From Octopus vulgaris (taxonomy: Eukaryota): a DNA stretch of 64,000 nt. Below are positions 25,664 through 38,799 of this stretch, in pieces. The notes beneath the pieces are model-generated. The model did not search any database. It worked only from the letters and a program-made list of their open reading frames with translations, and had not been told where the DNA came from. Location: positions 116,994,001 to 117,058,000 of the forward strand of contig OX597817.1 in NCBI GenBank assembly GCA_951406725.2. The letters are read 5' to 3'. The translations under genes were made by a program, and so were the position numbers. How positions within the stretch are numbered: the first letter of the stretch is position 1; the number at the start of each line of letters is the position of its first letter.

Positions 25664-28234
25664 AAGTAGTTGAATGAATTATCTTAGTATGGATAATTCG
25701 GTTAACCGATAATTGGGTAGCAAATTCACGTCAGAAAAACACGGTTGAAGCTACATGCCAAGGGCAGAGATCACGTGCTTTCGTGTGGAAATTTGTGTGT
25801 TTTTTTAATACAAATAAATGAAAGAATGGAGTCGAACGACGATTTAACAAAATTCCTTTATTCTCGACATATGTTTCGAAGGCTGCATATTCCTAATTTC
25901 GAAGGAATAAGGGGTGCATTATGCCGCCTTCTCATCAGGAAAAACAAGGAACTTATGTCAGCATCAAGATGAACAAAAGCTCTTAGATGACTGCCCACAC
26001 GGGACCCATAGCGATAATGAGTGTTTCTTTAAAATATTCCGTTATAAGCATTGACGTCAAAAATGGTTGAATGTAGAAGATTCTAGAGAGTTCAAGGGTT
26101 CAAACTAGGTTGGAAGGAGAGAGGTCTAAGAATAGGAAGGTGACAGGGTGCAAGTCATATGAATGGTGATTTGTTGTTGTTTTCTTTTGTGATTGAGTGT
26201 CTATGTGTGTGTATGTATATAACTGCATTCGTGTGTATGTGTGTGTATGTGTGTGCGTGATTGTGTGTGTGGTTGGGTAGATGTCAAAAACAAACAGTGG
26301 TGAAGTGACAGGTTTGTGTCTGTGTGTTTGAATGTGCTTACGATAGAGAGAGGGAAAGAGAGAGAGAGAGGAGGGTGAGGTAGAGAGACAAAGGTAAAAC
26401 ATATCTCAACGAATTTAGTAGTAGTCCTTTATGCGTATAAAAATTTGTCTATGGGGGTGATGTATAATTGGAACGAAATTATTAAAATTCAAGGAGGTTA
26501 TCTATATTAATCATCATTCATATGAGTGAAAGGTGTGTTTCTGCCAGTGCATGCACCTATAGGATTTTTCAATCATTGTATTTATTAAAGGGAATTTGGC
26601 GAACAATATATGGAAAAGTTCGGAATTACAGACGCCACAAAATTTTGTGCCCTTATCAAACGGAAAGGATACAGACAATATGGACCATTCCAGCTTGAAA
26701 GTTGTATTGCTGTCCTTAAGAGGCCAAACTAATTTACTTAGTCCTGTGCTTTGTTGTTTTTCTTATCTCGGAAAGTTGAATAATGATTGGAGATCCTCTG
26801 GGATAATTTTGAAGTAGTTGCGCCAATGTAGAAGAAGACATCGGTACCGGAAGAAATTTTACACTGGTAAATGGGATTTCTAATTTTGGAATTGCTGAAT
26901 AAGAACTTTAATCCGTTTAGGGTTTACCTCCGAGACTGAGACGGAGTTTTTATTGTTATGATTGCTGTTAATATTATTGCTAGCATTGACCACAATACTA
27001 TTCCTATTATTATCATTACTATTAATTGTACTATCGTCGGCAATTTCCCTGACTATAGAAATGCTGGGGTTGTTATCTTCAATACTACCACTATTATTAG
27101 AAATGCTGTCGTTATTACCACTAACACTACCGCTGTTAATAATCCGACTAATATTATTATTAATATTACTATTGTTAATTCCAACGCTGCTATGAATGTT
27201 GCTATTATCAATGCTATTTTTATTATTATTATTATTGTATGTTTGGTTGGAATTGGTAAGGGCAGTGTCGTAACTCCCGGGTGATGAATCCTTATTTAGC
27301 AGCTTGTTATTATGGGAGGCAATGATATGCGATAGATTTCTAGTGTTGGAGAATGCAATCCTTACCTTATGCGAATTGATAGTAGAGTAATACCTAGAAT
27401 TCCTGGGAAAGTTCCTAGCTACGGCTTCACGGAACTGTAAAGGGAGGTTAGACCTGATTTGTTTCCCGAAAGGTATGACAAACCAGATATAGTTTTTTGT
27501 GGACTTAGAATTGTTCAGAGTGTTACCATTTACATTAAAGGGAGTATTTCTGTGCTGGAGAATTGGTGTTGGTTGCCGATTGCCTCCCCTGGTCCGTAAA
27601 TTGTTTTGTTAAGTATAGTGGTGTCGACGTTGTTAGAGCTGAAATCATTATTCACATTATTTCTATTGTTATTAGTTTTCTTATCCTGAGAAGCATATAT
27701 TGGTTTAGAATGGGCCGGGTCGATATATGATACTTTATCTCTATAACTGGCTTTTGACAAGGCGGCGTTATAAAATTCCGCTTTTTGGTTAAAGATGTCG
27801 ACATTAGCAGATAAATTCGATAGTCTTAAGGAAATATTTTTAACTAAATTATCGGTGATAGTTTTGGCATGGTTACTGAAAATGCTGATATATTTAAGAT
27901 TAGAAGAACGCTTATGATAAGGGAAGTAAGAATTATTCTGCAGATTTAGGGTAACATCTAAGAAGTTGGCTTTAGTTAATTCGTCGTCGAAAACTATGCT
28001 CAAGCCCATTCTGCTAAAAAAATCTAGCTAATCTGTTTTTAGTCTTCTGTATCATATTGTTCGGAGCATTCTGTAGGTAAAGTAGACAATCGTCTCGATA
28101 CAGACCACCGCATATAACCGGGAATTGGTCGGCCAATTCATAGAGAATATAGATTCCGACAAAATCGGCTATCTGGGCGCTATCTGTACTTCCCATTAGC
28201 ACATCGAACGCGTTGGGGGTATCCCTGCGGACCC
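25664..28234 (-). mobile_element. Penelope-like element (YRDD-type RT + GIY-YIG), 5'-truncated, bounded by TA repeats
   Basis: Motifs MGSTDSAQIADFVG, GGLYRDD, NFLDVTLNL, YIWFVIPFGK...IIASHNNKLL and PIYQCKI...FYIGAT...RISNHYSTF (~26760-26880). Hammerhead and AATAAA in the tail. Confidence 0.92.
25861..25945 (-). ncRNA. Minimal type I hammerhead ribozyme
   Basis: Minus strand reads TTTTC-CTGATGA-GAAGGC-(~42 nt)-GCCTTC-GAAA-CATATG-TC-GAGAA: complete core, 6-bp helix II, palindromic ACATATGT helix III, GUC site and 5-bp helix I. Confidence 0.82.
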
Positions 28235-31067
28235 ATATATATAGGCAAAATATTCGAATGTTTACATTCGAAAGTAAGATGTTACTATAGTTAATATCAT
28301 ATGTAATGAATATTTTTAATTTGACAATATTAACAGAAGTAACATAGATGGTTCACAGGTTTAATAGTATTTTAAGTGATTTTTGCTTGTGGCAGAACAC
28401 TGTCTTTTCCAGTGAGATGTATCTGTATTGTCTTTCATATTCTTCACCTGTAGCTACTCACACCTTTAAATAATCTTCAAGGCCGAGTACATATTTCTAC
28501 TGCATGCATATAACTCTGTTCTTATGTTTCTGCTCTTGTTTGTATTGTTATTGTTTGTTGTATTGTTATTGTTTAACTTTTTTACAGAAACACCTATGAT
28601 CCTATGTTTTCGAGCTATGATTATTTCATATTTCCTGTAAAAGCGGCCTCATGTATCCTTCCGTATGAAAAAAAAGACATAACTAAAGGAGAAATAGCAA
28701 CCAATTCTTAATTGTTGACTGACAATCTACAGTTAGTTCTCCATATATTGTATATAACCCAATTGCTCCTAGCCTGCATTTAACTATATATGTATTTGAG
28801 TCCTTAAAACAAAATTTAACATTGCACTATTACGCATATTAATATGCTTGCTCATCGTTTTTCTTGATATAATAAAACAAGTTTCAATCCTGCTTAATGT
28901 TCCAACAGTTAGCAACAGCAATTACATGTACATGTAAATTAGTTCGTTAAATAATCCATCCCGTGCATAAAACATAAAAACTCTTTTAAATATAACCGAT
29001 TTTTAAGATGGAAGCAAAAATAGAATCCTTGTAATCATTATTTGAAGCGTAAAAGTATAAACATAAAGGATTGGTTGAAATGAACACAAAAACTGCAAGG
29101 TTCACCAATTAAATACTCCTAACGCAGCCTAGATTATTGAATTGCGCTAAATATTCAGTGCTGTTTGAGTTAACATTTCATATTCATGAACACAACGAAT
29201 CATTGATAAAAATAATCTGAACTGCTAATCCTCTACGTTTTAGCCCAACACTCATATAATTTCACTAGCTACGATTATCAAAGTATTTTCTGGAAAACAA
29301 TAATGATAAATTCTCATGCATTAAATCAAGATTTGGTTAAAATATTTATGTAATATTGAACTGTAGAAAAATTTAATTTTACCAAAGTATACATTGAGAA
29401 TTTATTAAGCTTCCTTTCATAAACATAACATTTTAGTTTAAACAACAGTGATAGTATTCATTATTGCTATCATAAACTTTGTCACATTTCTCGTCGTAGT
29501 AGTAGTCGGGGTATCCTCATTATCATCATCGTTATCACCATCATCATCACAGAAAGGATGATCACCGCGACCAACATCATACAACAAAAATTCATCATTA
29601 TCGAAGTTGTCGACACCCTTCTCTGTAATTGCCAGCAAAATATTGCAATAAGAGACATGATTCAGTTTAAAAACGATGATGATATAATTATTATATCTCA
29701 TGTAAACATGTAGAAGTGATTGTAAATTACAGCCTTCCTGTGGAGTTAAAGAAAGGTAAATGAAATGCCTCAAGTTAAGAACTGAAGTTTGTCTGTAAAC
29801 TACATTCTGTAAACATTATATTCTGGTATTTATCATCATCATGTCTATCAAACACTGCACTGCTTTCAATTACATGATAAATGAATGCCTTCCTGTACAA
29901 GAATTCAATTCATTATACTTAACATATAAACATACAATTATCAAGCCAATAGGAGTGGTCATACGTCGTCTTTCATATTGCAAGCAATACCAACCAAATC
30001 TACGCGTAAGCAAAGCCATTTCAAATTATGAAGTCCTTAATAAAATGGTTTTACAAATAAACATGACAGAAAATATGTTTATGGATTAATAGGTAGAAAG
30101 ACTTCGAGGTTAAACCTATAAATCAAAGCTTGTCAATGATTAACGTATTAAATTATGAATGTGGAATTTTTTCTGAATTTCATTCTAAATTAAGAATATT
30201 TACTTGATTTAGGGAGACGAACCTGATCCCCAAAAATGTATTTAAAAACGTTCCGACTCAGTCCCCACTGCATACTTTTAATGGCTTTTGAATGAATTCC
30301 AAATTGTACGTGATCTAATTTGCTTATATTAAAAAGTGTTGCTGGTGGCGTTATTGGCTTCTCTACCTAATGCAGATGAAATTTCAGTTTATTAAAAATT
30401 ACTCTTTGTGCAGTGCATTAAACGTGATAGCGTACACTTAAAGCTATATATTCGTTACCCCGAAGGTATCCCAAGAAGACTTCTAAGAGTCGTTTATTTT
30501 AAATTGGTTTATTGGTGAATATTCTCACTCATTCTAACTTCTGATGAGTATGAATCTGGTTCTACGCTCCATGCATTCTCTTCTACCCGAACTGAGTCCG
30601 AAGCGCTTGCGGTAATTATCAAGGATCAAAAATATCTCCTACTGCATTCCTCCTTTCAAATTGGATTATTAATTCATTAAAATGCATAATTGGTTCACTA
30701 TATTAATTCTTTGAGCGTAGAAAGCGGATATATATGCCCAAAAGTTGGTAACTGCGGAAGCGACATTATCCATTCAGATTAAAAATAAAAATCATCCCGT
30801 ATGCTACATGAAGCGAGGATACTACCAATGACACTTTTCACCAAAAGTAAATTTTTCAGACATTTCTTAAACTTTTCACGCTCCCTCAAATATCTCTTTA
30901 CAGAACAAAAATCTAATACTTTTTGCAGTGTATATGATACACTTTGTTACAAAATTGCGTAAGCAGAAAATATCAGAGCTATGTTTTGTCGGAAAATTAA
31001 TATAATTACGGGAAAGACCATGAAATATTATTGCATAGTCAAACGTTTATACACGTTAACTGATATA

Positions 31068-32360
31068 CGAGGGACGTTCAATAAGTAATGCCTCTGACCC
31101 ACTTGCAGTTGTTTGATCTAGCTGAAAATTTGCATGTGCAATCATTTATATCTCTATAGATTAAGTGGAAAATTACAGCTCTGAACTAATTGTGGTTTCT
31201 GATTTACAGGTGTTTGAACTGAGTCAAGTGTGAAATGGAGCCTGTTGAATGTCGAGCAGTGATCCGGTTTTTGTATTTGAAAGGAGGCACACCACGGGAG
31301 ACTTTGGATGAAATGAAAGTAACTTATGGTGATGATGCCCCATCATATGACCTTGTAAAACGCTGGCATCGTGAATTCAAACATGGTCGGAACTCTGCGG
31401 AAACAGCACTCAGATCTGGTCGCCTCGCTTCTGCCATTGATGAGGCATCTGCTCGTCAAGTTGAGGCTGCCATTTTGGAAGATCGACGCATAACTATTCG
31501 CCAAATAGCCCATGAGATCAAGATTAGTACCGAGTCTGTGAAAACTATCATTCATGACCATTTGCATATGCAAAAGGTGTCTGCCAGATGGATTCCCAGG
31601 TTGCTCACGCCATTCCAAAAGCAAGAACGCGTCAAGTGCTCGAGGATGAATTTGGAACTGTGCCAAGAAGATGAGTCAAAATTTTTCAAAAGACTGATGG
31701 CATAGGATAAAACCTGGGTCCATCACTATGATCTAGAGACCAAAGCCCAGTCAATGCAGTGGAAGCACCGTGACTCACCTCCTCCAAAGAAGGCAAGGGT
31801 GCAGCCCTCCGCTGGCAAGGTCATGCTTTCAGTCTTCTGGGACCAGGACGGAGTAGTGAAGACAGATTTCCTGGCAAAGGGTGCCACAATTACAGGAGCC
31901 TATTATGCTTCACTTTTGAGGAAATTAAGAGAAGCTATCAAAATCAAGAGGCGGGGCAAGATCAGCAAAGGCATCCGCCTTTTTCTGAACAACGCTCCGG
32001 TCCACAACTCGCGTGTCGCCAGATCAGAAGCACAAGCGTGCGGCTATGAACTCCTCCCCCATCTCCCCTACTCTCCTGACCTTGCACCCTCTGATGTCCA
32101 CCTCTTCCCAGCCATAAAGTTGTTTTTGAACGGAAAGTGTTTCCCAGATGATGCAGCCTTGATTTCTGAAGTCACGTCGTGGTTGGTGGACCAAGCTGGG
32201 GTCTTCTACAAAAACGGTCTTCAGAGCTGCATCAAACAATGGGAGAAATGCGTAAATCTGGGTGGTTCCTATGTCGAAGAAGACTAATAAATGTGCCAAG
32301 TTTCGTTGCTCTACTGCTATGGGAAGTGGGTCAGGGGCATTACTTATTGAACGCCCCTCG
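31068..32360 (+). mobile_element. Full-length mariner transposon (irritans-like), 1293 bp
   Basis: TA TSD (31066-31067, 32361-32362); ~37-bp TIRs CGAGGG(A/G)CGTTCAATAAGTAATGCC(T/C)CTGACCCACTT with 2 mismatches. Confidence 0.96.
31235..32287 (+). pseudogene. mariner DD34D transposase with one premature stop and a mutated second Asp
   Basis: The two ORFs are in the same frame, separated by TAG at 31703-31705 (*DKTW for xDETW). WIPRLL and YSPDLAPSD are present; LNNAP replaces xDNA. Confidence 0.93.
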
Positions 32361-32957
32361 TATATATATTTCTGAACCTTAAAACGTATAGCTCATAAGC
32401 GTAGATGCTTGAATTCCTCCAGGGAACATTCTAACAGACGCATCTACAATTCTAGAAAATCGATATGTTATTCATATGTTTATTTTAAAGTACTATTTTA
32501 TAATTTTTATGATGCTTTATAATACGCTTCTTTCCAACGTCCGAATACGTATTCATAATTATTGCAGTATTATAGTGTTTATTGCATTCTATTTCGAAGT
32601 TACTCGTCCGTCTATACTAGAATGATTCTTAGCATTTTCTTTAAACGAAAATATTCTGGAACACGACATAGATAAAAAAATTCACACACACGCACACACA
32701 CACACACACATACACGCATATATATATATATATATATACAAACTAATAAATAAAATATGCATATATGCATATATGTACGTACCTACATCTACATGTATAT
32801 ATACATGTAGATGTAGGTACGTACACATATGTATATATGTATGTATATATGCATATGTTTTATTTATTAATTTGTTATTACAGGACAGAACGCACGCATC
32901 CATCCATTTCTAAGTAAGTCTGTTCTTTATATATATATATATATTGGTCCCATTTCC

Positions 32958-33770
32958 AGGCAGCTTCTTGTGCCGGCTACACCAGATAGGAATCAATATT
33001 ATCGATAAAGGTGCGAAATTACGTTCAACCCGTTGGCCGATAAATGACGAGGAGTTGGCAACCTTCTATTTTCCTTTCGTTTGTGCATTTATTATATGTT
33101 TTTTAACTTGTTATTTAATGGAAAGCTATGTACCCTCGATTTTTTTCACAGCATGTACTTATACATTCGTACGACTTCTATTTCTATCACCCTTCAGTCT
33201 TCTTTCTCCTTTTTTCTCTGTGTCTCTCTCTCTCTCTCTTCCTCTCTTTCTCCTCTTTCCTCACTTCGCTGCACGCTGCTACTTTTCTACTTCCTGCTAC
33301 TGACGTGTGACCTCTGGTCATTGGCTTTATTTTTCTTTTTCTCTTTCTCCTTTCTTTTCAACGCTGACTGCTGAAGCAACCGGTCGTATATTGCTCTGGT
33401 TTCCATTTCAAACTGTTTCGCTGCCTGTTGTCCTTCTGTTTCCAATTCTTTAGGATTCTCCTCTCGGCGTTACCCATACTTTCACCTCTGTCTAACCATA
33501 AGGTGTATTCTGTTTATTTATTTCGTCTTTGTCCCTCGTCCCTTCACTAATGATGTCGTCTTCAATCACATGTATTCATGTTCGTAGTTCCACTATTGCA
33601 TGAAACGTTTATCCATTTATTGTTTGGTCGTTCCCGTCATGTTACGTTTTCCGTCATATACGGCAGCTTCTTGGTCGGTACCACCAGAGGTTGACCAATA
33701 TTATCGTTAAAGGTGCGAAATTGCGTTCGACCTTCCGACCGATAACCGATGAGAAGTTGGTGACCCTATA
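32958..33770 (+). repeat. Non-coding ~810-bp unit bounded by diverged ~110-bp direct repeats
   Basis: 32958-33068 and 33661-33770 share GGCAGCTTCTTG...CACCAGA...CAATATTATCG.TAAAGGTGCGAAATT.CGTTC.ACC...CCGATAA..GA.GAG.AGTTGG. Confidence 0.8.
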
Positions 33771-34354
33771 TGTCTGTTTTCCGTGCTTGTATTGTAACAA
33801 ATAGTTGCACACACATGTATAGATATTAATATTGATTAAAATGCTTATAAACTTTCGAGACGGCTTGAGATAATTGTTTTTGTTACCGGAATTGGATCTT
33901 GAAGCTCATAAATGCTATAAATTATATCATTTGTATGTATATATTGGGCTAAAAAACACATTTAGATAAAGTCAAATGCTACCCGTAGGGTACGAACCCA
34001 CCCCTCCTGTAGGCCTTCGATACTTTCTAGCCAAAGATTTTGTCAACCCAATATTTACATGATATTATTAGCTGCAGCTATGGTCTTCTGCATTCAATTC
34101 CGAAAAACGAATTATTTCGCGTTCTCACAAAAGTTTATAAATTCTTATTATGTCAGTGTCAATGTTTATACATGTGCGTGCACGTATTTGTTATCGGGTT
34201 TTATGATTATCATTGTCGTCTATCAGTTACCATTAACTAATAATTCATAATTTTGACTCGTACATAATTCTTTCATAAATAATTGCTGCCATCTCCAATT
34301 TTATTTGATTACCCAAGCCAAATATACGTATTCAGATTTTTACTGAAAGAGTGG

Positions 34355-34885
34355 TATTTCGAAAGAGTGACAAAGCAAAAGAGTGACAAGCCAAAATAAA
34401 TATTCAAAAGAGTGAGATAACAAAAGAGTGACAAATCTAAAAAAAAAAAAAACACATTTACTATTGTTTAAGTAGTTTTCCTATTCGGGAAGGGTTCACA
34501 TTTTAAAACGTTTCAATGGCAATTGACCTCATGGTTCTGTAATATTATGTATACAATTATTGACTTAACCGTCACTTAACCGTAACCGTTAAAATAAATA
34601 GCTCAATTGACTCTATAGCATACAATCTCCCCAAAACGAACAATGGTGTAGAGGCATGGCACAGGATACCATATGGGAGTATACTCGATGATTAGGGAGT
34701 TCATAAAAGAAGATCATCAAAGAGATAAAGAGGCACAGCGTTTAATTCAGGGATTAATTCAAGGAAAAAGAAGAGAGAACAAATTCAAAGAGAAAATAGG
34801 CTTCCAACAGTTTTAAGTAGAGAGGGTGCTGTCTCTTTAAATGAATATATCAGAGGAATTGTTCACAATTTTCATTTTGATTCAT
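34355..34885 (+). mobile_element. Mutator-like (MULE) remnant
   Basis: NLPKTNNGVEAWHR...GVYSMIREFIKE...LNEYIRGIVHNF (~34620-34880) fits the MULE transposase C-terminus. AAAGAGTGA is repeated 4x at 34362-34432. Confidence 0.55.
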
Positions 34886-35014
34886 GGAACAGGCATCGTA
34901 ATGAAGATGAAGTTAATGACTGTTAAAAATAAATGTTTTTAAAGCTATTCTATGTTTATGTATTATTCAATTGTACATCCGTTTTTTAAAAAAAGGATTT
35001 ATAGTTTCATTCTG

Positions 35015-35055
35015 AAAGAGAACGACTCGCCCTAGACACAGCAGTATATATATGC

Positions 35056-35101
<46 letters not shown>

Positions 35102-35156
35102 ATTTATGTATGTATTTATATATATTCTTTATACACACACATACACACACACACAT

Positions 35157-35192
<36 letters not shown>

Positions 35193-35380
35193 GTATCTAT
35201 GTATGTATATCAAGTCGTCTGTGTCCATACAATGATATATCGTGAAAATCAAATCAATGGTACATGCGCAACTCTATACTGCTCACTATATACATACATA
35301 GATACATATATATATATATGTGTGTGTGTGTGTGTATGTGTGTGTATAAAGAATATATATAAATACATACATACATAAAT

Positions 35381-35422
<42 letters not shown>

Positions 35423-35463
35423 GCATATATATACTGCTGTGTCTAGGGCGAGTCGTTCTCTTT
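35015..35463. repeat. Long inverted repeat (arms 35015-35210 and 35288-35463, 77-bp spacer)
   Basis: The unique AAAGAGAACGACTCGCCCTAGACACAGCAG and a microsatellite mosaic are mirrored in reverse complement. Confidence 0.95.
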
Positions 35464-37700
35464 TAGTGCCTTATAACAACACACTCACACTCACATATTT
35501 CGAAACTGTGGCTTTCATGTAACGGGAGAGGGGGAGCTGCACTCTTCTGATTACAGTCTCTAACCCAAGTCCAGTATCATGGACGGGGAGTCTATTGTTG
35601 GGGTTCCTAGTGGGGTAATCTATTGTTACCTTGATACTTTGGTGGATGGTGTTAGCTACTCTATGCATGTTCTCTATTATGTTCCTCTCAGTTTCTACAT
35701 TACCGTTACTAGAATTGGTCTTAACTAGGATATTAATGTCATCTACGTACCTAATGTAAAGTAGAAGAGTTGTGGACTGTTCTGCATAGGAATGCTTAAG
35801 TGTTCTGTCTCACCAAGTCAACAAGAGGCCAGCCACATTTCCAGCAATACCGACACCAATAACTGCACCTTGAACCTGCATGTATAGTTTCTTATTCAAC
35901 TTCACTGTGTGGTTCTTCAAGGTAGTTCTTACGCTAGCCCCTATTTCATGTACAATCATTCCTTTCACCTGATTGTTGTTCTCGTGGTCTTGGGTGGGTA
36001 CGGTCCACCCACTTCAGCGCTCTACAGGGCTTTTCTTCACTGCTGAGTTGATGGTGGGTGGTCTTCCCCTCTATTACCTAGTGGTGCAGAATCATCTACT
36101 GAGGTCATGGTCATCAAAATAGTCACTGTCGTAGCTTAGTCTAAGGAGGAGGCCCATCACCTTCGTCTTCACTTCACTTCTTCACTCACACACATTATCT
36201 CAATGCATTTCTCCACAGCAAAATCTATGTCTAGAGATGAGTAGAGTGAAATAACATCCATACTACCCACTGCAAAACCTATGTTTGCAAGTACTGATTT
36301 TACTGAGAAGATCATCCTGTTCACACAGACATCTGGGGACATTTCTATTAGAGGTCGTAATACCTGTGAGAGGAAGTAGGACAGTATATAATTGGTGGAG
36401 ATAATCGCTCCGCAAACTGGTCGGTTGGTGTTCCCATGACAGGGTTTATGTAGGGTTTATGGTATTTGCGTAACACGGATAGTGTAGGAACATCATTGCT
36501 GGAAGCTTGGAAATTATGTACAATCCGTTCCTTAGGTCGGAGCATGTTGCACTACATTGCCATGTGTGCAGTGATGAGTTTTTCCACTCTTTCATGTTCA
36601 TGTGGTGGAACTTCTCTTATGCTACTGGATTTGTTGTACCGCTCTAAGATGTGTCGGGGTCTATTTCTAGCTATGGAGATCTTTGCGCCTGTTTCACTGT
36701 CAATTTGGGATGGGATATATATACTCTTGTTGAAGGGTAAGTCTGTGGAGTAGATACTCGTCATGTCATGAGATTTGTTTTTAGGGTCATAGAAAACAGA
36801 GTGTAGAGTGCTATAATCGTTGTGGTTGTTGTTATAGTTGCTGGAATAGTTGTTGCTATTGGTGATGTAGTGGTGGTGGTGGTGGTCGTCGTCATCGTGG
36901 TATTGCTTGTGTTGTACCCATTGTTGTTTCTGTTATTCTTGTGGGTGGTCTCGGTGTTGATGTGGGTGGTGTGGATGATGTGGTTGGTATTATTGTCTCT
37001 GTGTGGGATGTTGTTTTAATTGTTGCTATTGTTATTTTCATCGTTATTGTTGTCATAATGATACTTGTTTCGGTTTCTTATGCTTGTGTTGTTGTTGTTA
37101 TTATTACGATTACTTTTTTTGTCATCAACATCGCTATTGTTATTGTTGTTGTTGTTGTCGTATTGCCCTAGCCTCCATCTTAATTTTAAGAACGTTTTTT
37201 TAACTTCGCATAGACAATCAATTTTTCTTGCCTTTTATATGTAGCGAACTTTGGTGGTAAGTATAAAGCATGTATTTCTTCTGTATCTAGCTGTACTGCA
37301 CAGTATGTTCCAGAAGTGTAATTGTTGTTGCTGTTTCATCCACTTGAGCTTATTGTTAACGTGTTTGTTACAGGTATGATTTACTTGGCGGTATTCTTGT
37401 TGGATGTTTGTCATAAATCTGTTTCTTTCGTGTGGTGTAGCGGGTTTTTTTTAGTTCATGCAGCAAGACTCTCTTCCGTTTCTGGTACTGGTTGATTTCT
37501 CTGTATATTTTCTTTTTGATGTTTTGTAACATCGTGTGTTTTAGTTTTCCTGCTTGTTAGTCTTAGCCACTTGACATTCGAATTGACAGATTTCGTATAC
37601 AGCTTGGAGGAGATGCATGTCTTAATGAAGAGAAGCTGTCGGGTATCTATTTTGATTTTTAGACAGAGACTGTGAACAATGGAGTGCAGCTTCCCCACTC
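35434..37700 (-). mobile_element. Penelope-like RT element, degraded, 3'-truncated in the thumb region
   Basis: Motifs VLRKYHKP...PVCGA, VGSMDVISLYSSLD, QVQGAVIGVGIAG, YIRYVDDI and SIKVTIDYPTRNPNNRLPVHD. Asn/Thr-rich segment at 36810-37170. Confidence 0.8.
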
Positions 37701-38744
37701 CTATTACATGAAACCCTTAGCTTCGAAATATGTTGCTCACCATCATCGTCATCGTCATCGTCGTCAACATCATCGTCATCATCATCTTATATTGCGTTCT
37801 ATTAAATGCTGTTAAACTTTAACATATAGAATAGATATTTTTGGCGGAGATGTCAAAATACAGCGCTCAAACGCTATCAGTTGTATATTGCTTGGGTTCT
37901 TTTTACTCTCAACTAGTGATAAATCTACTATACGGATTGCCTTCAATTCCTGCGTCTGATATATTCTATTTCCAACCGTATTATTTTAGCCTTGTAACTA
38001 TTGACAATTTATCTGATAACTAACCGACATATAATTTTACCTGTATTTTCTAGATACGCCAAACAATGTTTTCCCATTGGAGTATAAAAATTCAATATTA
38101 GTTTTTCATGAAGTTACAGGTCTTGACTGAAGAAGTTGGTTTCTCTCTTGAGACTTACAAATAATTTTGATTCTCTAAAATATTCCTAAACCCATACTTT
38201 TCCTTTTCTCATTATCTGTTCAAATTTAATATTGGCTAATGTCTGAGGAGAGCCTTTAGTATTTGGATATAAATCTATTAACTTACTAAACGGTTCAACA
38301 TTGACTTTTTTGAGACCACTTCTCCAGCACACCCTTTTCTAACCGGGCTTATTTTTCGTTTTCTCAGTATCTGTTAACATACAAGAAATAAATATTCAGT
38401 TACTTTCCCTGGTGGGGAAATTTTGTATTCAAGTTTTTAGCAAATATTTTTCTATACAAGTAGGAATCAATTTAGTATTTCTTCATAAGTCAAGTTTTTT
38501 TCTTGAGCCACAACCATATAGGAACTACCTTCAATTCTTGCTTAGTACACGCATACACACACAGTCATGCACACACGCGCACACAACCTCACGCATACAT
38601 GCATATCCCACACAATAATGTATATTTGTGTGTGAGTGTGTTATAAATGCATATATGTATATACATATATACAAATATATACAAGTAGGAAGCGATTTAA
38701 CATTTCTTCATCAGTCATATTTTCCTAAGCCACAAATATACATA

Positions 38745-38746
38745 TA

Positions 38747-38799
<53 letters not shown>

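Noticed and set aside
30535-30605. CTGATGAG...CGAACTGAGTC
   Set aside because: GAAA is absent, pairing is out of register, and there is no PLE context.
31703-31705. Programmed read-through or recoding of the mariner stop
   Set aside because: TAG is most simply CAG>TAG, and a catalytic Asp is also mutated.
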